Below are positions 58,640 to 64,000 of a stretch of 64,000 bases of DNA, piece after piece. Under the pieces are notes generated by a model that did not search any database, had not been told where the DNA came from, and was given only the letters and a program-made list of their open reading frames with translations. Both the position numbers and the translations under genes were made by a program. Each line of letters opens with the position of its first letter. The first letter of the stretch is position 1. Source of the stretch: Gemmatimonadota bacterium (GTDB lineage: Bacteria > Gemmatimonadota > Gemmatimonadetes > Gemmatimonadales > GWC2-71-9); NCBI GenBank assembly GCA_039591655.1, contig JBDHDE010000004.1, positions 11,130 through 75,129 on the forward strand, given 5' to 3'.

Positions 58640-59766
58640 GACCGCCCCTCCTTCGGCAGGAGCTTCTCGAGGGGGATGGCGGTGAGGCCCAACGTGGCGG
58701 CGAGCTGCTCGTTGACCAGTTCGCCTCGGTAGAGGTAGAGGCCGGCAGCCAGGCCCGGATTGTCGCGCAGGGTGTTGTCCAGGCCCCTGTCCGTCAGGTC
58801 GCGCACCGGGGCCAGCACGGCGTCCGACAGGGCACGGGAGGCCGTGCGGGCGATGTTGGCCGTCATGTTCGGTACGCAGTAGTGCACCACCTCGTGCACG
58901 ATGTAGGTCGGGTCGGCCAGCGTGGTGGGGCGGCTGGTCTCCACGCACCCCCCCTGGTCGATGGAGAGATCCAGGATCACACTCCCGGCCCGCATGCTGC
59001 GCACCATCTCTTCAGTGATCAGGTAGGGCGTGCGTGCTCCCGGAATGAGGATCGCGCCGATGACCACGTCCGCTATGGCCGTGTACCGCTCCAGCCGCTC
59101 CGGCGCAGGGATCTGGGTGACCACACCCGGCAGCTCGTGGCCGAGCGCACGGAGCTTCACCAGGTCGTCGTCGAGGACGATCACGTGGGCCCCGATAGCG
59201 GCCGCCCGGCGGGCGGCCGTGCGGCCAGCGGTTCCGGCGCCCAGGATGAGCACCGTCGGCGGCGCGATGCCCGGCACGGCGCCCAACAGGATGCCCCGCC
59301 CGCCGACCTCGTTCTGGAGGTAGTGCGCCGCCGTGTACACGGCCATCTGCCCGGCCATCTCGCTCAACGGCAGCAGGATCGCACGGTCGCCGTGGGCGTC
59401 CTGTACGAGCTCGTAGCCGATGACCGTGGTCTCTAGCTTGCGCAGCTTCTCGAGCACCGTGCGGGGTGCCACGGCCAGGTGATGGAATGCGCAGATGACC
59501 GAGCCGGGCTTGATGAGGTCCAGCTCGTCGGGCGAGAGCATGCCGACGCGGCATACGAGATCGGCCCGCTTGTATGCCTCCTCACTGCTGTACACGACCT
59601 GCGCGCCCGCCTTCTCGTACTGGCTGTCGGTGAAGCGGGCCTCGAGCCCCGCGTCCTTTTCAACGACCACCGCATGGCCCTTGCGGGCGAGGCGCGCCAC
59701 GCCGTAAGGCGTGAGCCCCACGCGATGCTCGTGTCGATTCGGTTCCCGGGGAACGCCGATGATCAT
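58636..59766 (-). CDS. Alanine dehydrogenase-like protein with a divergent active site
   Basis: IGVPRE, EHRVGLTP, SEMAG, GILLGAVPG, GAGTAG, IDQGGCVET, HYCVPNM; GGAGGAGG RBS. Confidence 0.85.
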   Translation of the reverse strand: MIIGVPREPNRHEHRVGLTPYGVARLARKGHAVVVEKDAGLEARFTDSQYEKAGAQVVYSSEEAYKRADLVCRVGMLSPDELDLIKPGSVICAFHHLAVAPRTVLEKLRKLETTVIGYELVQDAHGDRAILLPLSEMAGQMAVYTAAHYLQNEVGGRGILLGAVPGIAPPTVLILGAGTAGRTAARRAAAIGAHVIVLDDDLVKLRALGHELPGVVTQIPAPERLERYTAIADVVIGAILIPGARTPYLITEEMVRSMRAGSVILDLSIDQGGCVETSRPTTLADPTYIVHEVVHYCVPNMTANIARTASRALSDAVLAPVRDLTDRGLDNTLRDNPGLAAGLYLYRGELVNEQLAATLGLTAIPLEKLLPKEGRS

Positions 59767-59906
59767 TGCTCCTCCTCCGCCCACAGTCGGATGGGTCGGC
59801 GGTCTAAGCGGCGAGCTGGGCTCGCCCGGTGTGGACTCTGTGGCGGATGCTTGACCCGTGGCAGCGCCCGCGAGAAGTTGCCAGATACACGACTTGGAAT
59901 GACCTG

Positions 59907-61157
59907 ATGCAAGGCGTCACGTTCACATTCTCGATCCCGCGCTACTTGTTGGGGCGCGCGTTGGGCGGCCTCTCGGATGCGGCGGTCTTTGGTCGGCCGA
60001 GCGCCGTCGGGCTCACGGAGCGGCCGGCGCCGCGGCTGCCCGGGGACCGTTGGGTGAGCCTCGACGTCATCGCCGGCGGGATCTGCGGCACGGATGTGGG
60101 CAACCTCCTCTACACCGCCAGCCCAATCCTCGAGCCGTTCGCGTCGTTTCCGGCCGTGCTGGGTCACGAGATCCTCGGTCGGGTGGTCGAGGCCGGGTCG
60201 GCCGTGACGCGGGTGCGTCCCGGTCAGCGGGTAGCCGTCGATCCGATCATCTCGTGCGCTGCGCGGGAGTACCCCGAGGGCGAGTGGTGTCCCTCGTGCA
60301 GGGCGGGACATCCCGGCACCTGCGCACGGGGTGGTGAGGAGGGCGCACTGCGAATCGACAGACGGCCCCTCGCCCGGGGGATCTCCATCGGGTATCACCG
60401 CGACCTCCCCGGAGGTTGGGGGGAGCGGGTCATCGCCCACGAATCCCAGGTCTACGCGGTCGATGACGCCGTCGATGATCAAACCGCAGCCCTGATCGAG
60501 CCCTTGGCCGTCGCAACCCACGGTGTGCTGTGGTCCCGGGCACGTCCCGGTGATGCCGTGCTGGTGATCGGGAGCGGCCCCATCGCCCTCGCGGCGATCT
60601 GGGCGCTCCGCGCCCTGGGGCACGACGGGGATCTCTTGGCCCAAGTGAAGCGACCCCACGAGGCGGAGCTGGCGCGGCGTCTCGGCGCCAGCGCAGTCGT
60701 CACGCCGGGCGAGGCGGCTCGAGAGGCCATGGTGGGAACCGGTGCGACGGCCTATCGGCCGCCCATCGGCCCCGAGGTCTATGCCGGGGGAGGCTTCGAC
60801 GTTGTGTTCGACTGTGTGGGCAGTCGCCGATCCCTCGACCAGGCCCTGCGCTTTGCCGCTCCCTGCGGCCGCATCGCGATGTTGGGGTGCGCGGCTGTCG
60901 TGCGGCGCCTCGACCTCACGCTGGTATGGGCTCGGGCGCTCGCCGTGCAGGGCACGGTTGGGTACGGTATGGAACGGTGGGAGGACGAGACCCTCCACAC
61001 CTACGAGGTCGTGCAGCGCCTGTTGGTGGCCACCAAGGCTCCGGTGGCCGACGTCGTCACCCACACCTACCCCCTCACCCAGTACCGCACCGCCCTGAGC
61101 ACCGCGCGGCACCGCGGCAAGAGCAGCGCGGTCAAAGTCCTGCTCACGCCTCGGTAG
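59907..61157 (+). CDS. Zinc-binding MDR alcohol dehydrogenase family protein
   Basis: GICGTD, GHE, four-Cys structural Zn site, IEPLAV, GSGPI. Start uncertain. Confidence 0.88.
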   Translation: MQGVTFTFSIPRYLLGRALGGLSDAAVFGRPSAVGLTERPAPRLPGDRWVSLDVIAGGICGTDVGNLLYTASPILEPFASFPAVLGHEILGRVVEAGSAVTRVRPGQRVAVDPIISCAAREYPEGEWCPSCRAGHPGTCARGGEEGALRIDRRPLARGISIGYHRDLPGGWGERVIAHESQVYAVDDAVDDQTAALIEPLAVATHGVLWSRARPGDAVLVIGSGPIALAAIWALRALGHDGDLLAQVKRPHEAELARRLGASAVVTPGEAAREAMVGTGATAYRPPIGPEVYAGGGFDVVFDCVGSRRSLDQALRFAAPCGRIAMLGCAAVVRRLDLTLVWARALAVQGTVGYGMERWEDETLHTYEVVQRLLVATKAPVADVVTHTYPLTQYRTALSTARHRGKSSAVKVLLTPR

Positions 61158-62574
61158 CCGCCTCCTTGAACGCGGAGATGCCCTCCGCGAACGCGGCCTC
61201 ATTGAGCTCCAGCAGCGCGCAGTCCTTCTGGAGCGCGTCGCGCATGCTACCGACGAAGCTTTGCTCGGGGAAGAGCCGGGTCGCAGCCTGCAGCGCGCCC
61301 AACGCCACGACGTTCTTCACCATCGCCTTGCCCAGGCTCGCCGCGATCTCCGTGCAGGGTACCCCTGTCATCCGGATGCTCGCGTCCAACTCGGGCGGTT
61401 GCGGTATGACGGAGCTGTCGTAGATGACGATGCCCCCCGGCTGGACGTCCGGGCCGAACTTCTCCAGGCTGGGCGGGTTGAACGCCACCAGCACGTGCGG
61501 ATTGGGCGAGGCCGGCGAGAGTACCTCGTTCGTAGCGACGTGCACGTCGGCATACGAGGTGCCGCCCCGCGACTCCGGGCCGTAGCTCGGAATGTGGGTC
61601 GCGTCGAACCCCTCGTTGATTGCCGTCCGCGCCGTGAGGAGCGCGATGGTCTGCGCACCGTCGCCGCCGGCGCCCGCGAACTTGATCGCGATGTCCTCCT
61701 CGCCGATATGGGTGGGGAACCCGCCCCCGAAGCGCTCCGGGGGCTCGACAGCCCCTCCAATGACCTGCGCCACATCGTCCGGCTCGAAGCTGGGCGTGCC
61801 GAGATCGAACCAGGGCTCCACCTCGGCGTCCTTCTTCACACCGAGCGGGTAGACCGGCACCATCTGCTCCTTGACCCACTTCTCGGCTTCCGGCGGCGTC
61901 AGGCGCAAGTGGATGGGGCACTCGGAGAGCACCTCCACGAAGGCCAATCCGCGGTTCTCGACCTGGAGACGCAGCGCCTTCTTGATGGCCTTCTTCGCCC
62001 GCGTCCGTTGCTTGTTGTCGTACAGGGCCACCCGCTCCACGTAGATCGGCGCGTCCATCTGCGCCACGGTCTCCGCCATCTTCATGGGCTCGCCCGTGAA
62101 TCGGGTCCGCCCGGTGGGTGTGGTGGTGGTCCGCTGACCCCTCAGCGTCGTAGGCGCCATCTGACCGCCGGTCATCCCGTAGATGGCGTTGTTCACGAAG
62201 ATGAAGGTCACGGGGAGTCCCATGGAGGTGGCCTGCATGATCTCGGCGAGGCCGATGGATGCCAGGTCACCGTCACCCTGGTAAGCGACGACAATGGAGT
62301 CGGGGTTGGCCACCTTGTGGCCCAGTGCCACCGCAGGCGCCCGGCCGTGCGCAGCCTGAGTGTTCCCGACGTCCAGGTAGTAGTACATGAACACGGCGCA
62401 GCCCACCGGTGAGACGGCCACTGTCCGGTCCTGCACCCCCAGCTCGTCGATGGACTCTGCCAGATACTTGTGGATCAGGCCGTGGCCGCACCCGGCGCAA
62501 TAGTGGGTGGACAGGCCTTTGAGGCCCTCCCCATGCGCGTGACGCTCGAAGCGTCCGTAGAACACGCTATCCAT
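61144..62574 (-). CDS. 2-oxoacid:ferredoxin oxidoreductase, fused beta-gamma subunit (VorA-like)
   Basis: YCAGCGH, GDGD and NNAIYGMTGGQ TPP motif, then GAGGDG, YGPESRGG, NVVALG. Confidence 0.9.
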   Translation of the reverse strand: MDSVFYGRFERHAHGEGLKGLSTHYCAGCGHGLIHKYLAESIDELGVQDRTVAVSPVGCAVFMYYYLDVGNTQAAHGRAPAVALGHKVANPDSIVVAYQGDGDLASIGLAEIMQATSMGLPVTFIFVNNAIYGMTGGQMAPTTLRGQRTTTTPTGRTRFTGEPMKMAETVAQMDAPIYVERVALYDNKQRTRAKKAIKKALRLQVENRGLAFVEVLSECPIHLRLTPPEAEKWVKEQMVPVYPLGVKKDAEVEPWFDLGTPSFEPDDVAQVIGGAVEPPERFGGGFPTHIGEEDIAIKFAGAGGDGAQTIALLTARTAINEGFDATHIPSYGPESRGGTSYADVHVATNEVLSPASPNPHVLVAFNPPSLEKFGPDVQPGGIVIYDSSVIPQPPELDASIRMTGVPCTEIAASLGKAMVKNVVALGALQAATRLFPEQSFVGSMRDALQKDCALLELNEAAFAEGISAFKEAATEA

Positions 62575-63985
62575 GGTGTGCCTCCGCGAGCTCGGCGACG
62601 TGGTCCGCGATCTCCTGGAGCTGGGGCAGCACGCCGCCGTAGTGCTGGATCCGATGAATCGGCGGGTGTGCAGTGGCGCCGGCGTGGCTCAGCGCCAGCC
62701 GCACCTCGTCTTCCAGTTGCCCGGGACCGGCCTCCACGACGATCAGTCCGCGCTTGCCGTCCAGCAGCGGGAGCAGGGCGTCGATGGGGAAGGGCCACAG
62801 CGTGATTGGTCGGAAGAGCCCCACTTTGACCCCGCGGGTGTGGAGTGCCTGCACCGCACCTTTGGCCATGCGGCCGGGAGTGTTGCACGCGATGATCACC
62901 CACTCGGCGTCGTCGCAGTGGAAGCACTCGGACCGCTGCTCGTGAGTGGTCATGCGCTGGTACTTGTCGAGCAGGCGCAGGTTGTGGGCCTCGAGGTCCG
63001 GCTCGTTGAGCAAGATGGAGGTGTGCAGGTTCCCCCGATGGGCCGCGTCGCCGTACACCGACCAAGACGGGAGGCCGGGTTGAACGAGGAAACTGGGCAG
63101 GGTGACGCGGCCGGTGACCTGACCCAGGTAACCGTCTCCGACGATGACGACCGGATTGCGATACTCGAACGCCAGGTCGAAGGCCAGCATCGTCAGGTCC
63201 AGCATCTCCTGGGGGTTGGACGGCGCCAGCACCAAGGCGTGGGTGTTGCCGTGCCCCAAGCCGCGGCAGGCCAGTTTGATGTCGCCCTGCTCGGGCCCGA
63301 TGTTTCCGAGGCCCGGGCCGCCGCGCATGACATTGATGAAGACCCCGGGGATCTGCGCCCCGATCATGTACGAGATGCCCTCCAACATCAGGCTGAATCC
63401 CGGGGACGACGTGAACGTCATGCAGCGCAGGCCCGATCCGCCGCAGCCGTACATCATGTTGGCCGTTGCCACCTCGCTCACCGCCTGGACGAATGCACCG
63501 TTCAACTGCGGCAGGAGCTTCGCCATCAGCTCGGCGCCCTCGGTGGACGGCGTGATGGGATACCCGAAGAAGTGCCGGCAGCCGGCCAGCAGAGCGCCGA
63601 CGGCGGCGGCGTGGTTCCCCTTGAGCGCCAGGGGCTCCAGCTCAGGCAGCGGCACCCGCCGATCGGGAATCGGCTCGGGCGCTTCCGCCCGTGTGGCCCG
63701 GGGGCCGAACACGGAGTACGGATCGGTCACTACCATGTCGATCCCGTCCGCCTCGGGAGGGGTCGGCATGAGCCCGTACGGTTCCGGACACGCATCGTAG
63801 CAGAGGCCGCACCCGTTGCACGCCTCCAGGTTCACCGTGATCGGCGTGAGCCCCGTCATGGGGTCGATCTCTGTGCCCAGCTCGATGCAGTGCTTGGGAC
63901 ACGCCTCGATGCACCGCCCGCAAGCCTTGCAGAACTGGGGGAAGAGGAACGGCTTCGGTCTCACCTTCGTCTTGGCTGTCACCAT
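62567..63985 (-). CDS. 2-oxoacid:ferredoxin oxidoreductase, fused delta(ferredoxin)-alpha subunit (VorB-like)
   Basis: Two CxxCxxCxxxCP motifs, then GNHA, GYPITPSTE, SSPGFSL, RGGPGLG, RPITLWPFP. Confidence 0.9.
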   Translation of the reverse strand: MVTAKTKVRPKPFLFPQFCKACGRCIEACPKHCIELGTEIDPMTGLTPITVNLEACNGCGLCYDACPEPYGLMPTPPEADGIDMVVTDPYSVFGPRATRAEAPEPIPDRRVPLPELEPLALKGNHAAAVGALLAGCRHFFGYPITPSTEGAELMAKLLPQLNGAFVQAVSEVATANMMYGCGGSGLRCMTFTSSPGFSLMLEGISYMIGAQIPGVFINVMRGGPGLGNIGPEQGDIKLACRGLGHGNTHALVLAPSNPQEMLDLTMLAFDLAFEYRNPVVIVGDGYLGQVTGRVTLPSFLVQPGLPSWSVYGDAAHRGNLHTSILLNEPDLEAHNLRLLDKYQRMTTHEQRSECFHCDDAEWVIIACNTPGRMAKGAVQALHTRGVKVGLFRPITLWPFPIDALLPLLDGKRGLIVVEAGPGQLEDEVRLALSHAGATAHPPIHRIQHYGGVLPQLQEIADHVAELAEAHHG

Positions 63986-64000
63986 ATGCGCTGTTCCCGA

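Overview
High-GC bacterial chromosomal window, almost fully coding (about 54 plausible CDS). Gene content suggests Gemmatimonadota, but that is an inference only. I found no rRNA, tRNA, CRISPR array, transposase, integrase or prophage. Content: five peptidases (M16, M1, S9, M28, metzincin-type); amino-acid catabolism (two glutamate-dehydrogenase-family enzymes, two aminotransferases, saccharopine-DH-like enzyme, SDR-type threonine dehydrogenase, divergent alanine dehydrogenase, CoA transferase, fused 2-oxoacid:ferredoxin oxidoreductase); two ABC3/MacB-type envelope transporter clusters; queE-queC/queF; and thiol-redox genes. The best candidate for an undescribed system is the 1010-aa protein downstream of gdhA. 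It joins two receiver-like domains to a PEP-synthase-type ATP-grasp domain and a putative phospho-His domain but has no pyruvate-binding barrel, so it may be a dikinase-derived signalling kinase. Non-coding patterns: head-to-head leaderless gene pairs sharing overlapping -10 elements, a recurring 25-bp TAA-N4-TT-N7-AA-N4-TTA dyad, and three ECF-sigma-like promoters. All product calls come from motif recognition by eye; no database search was run. Several start codons were moved from the ORF track.
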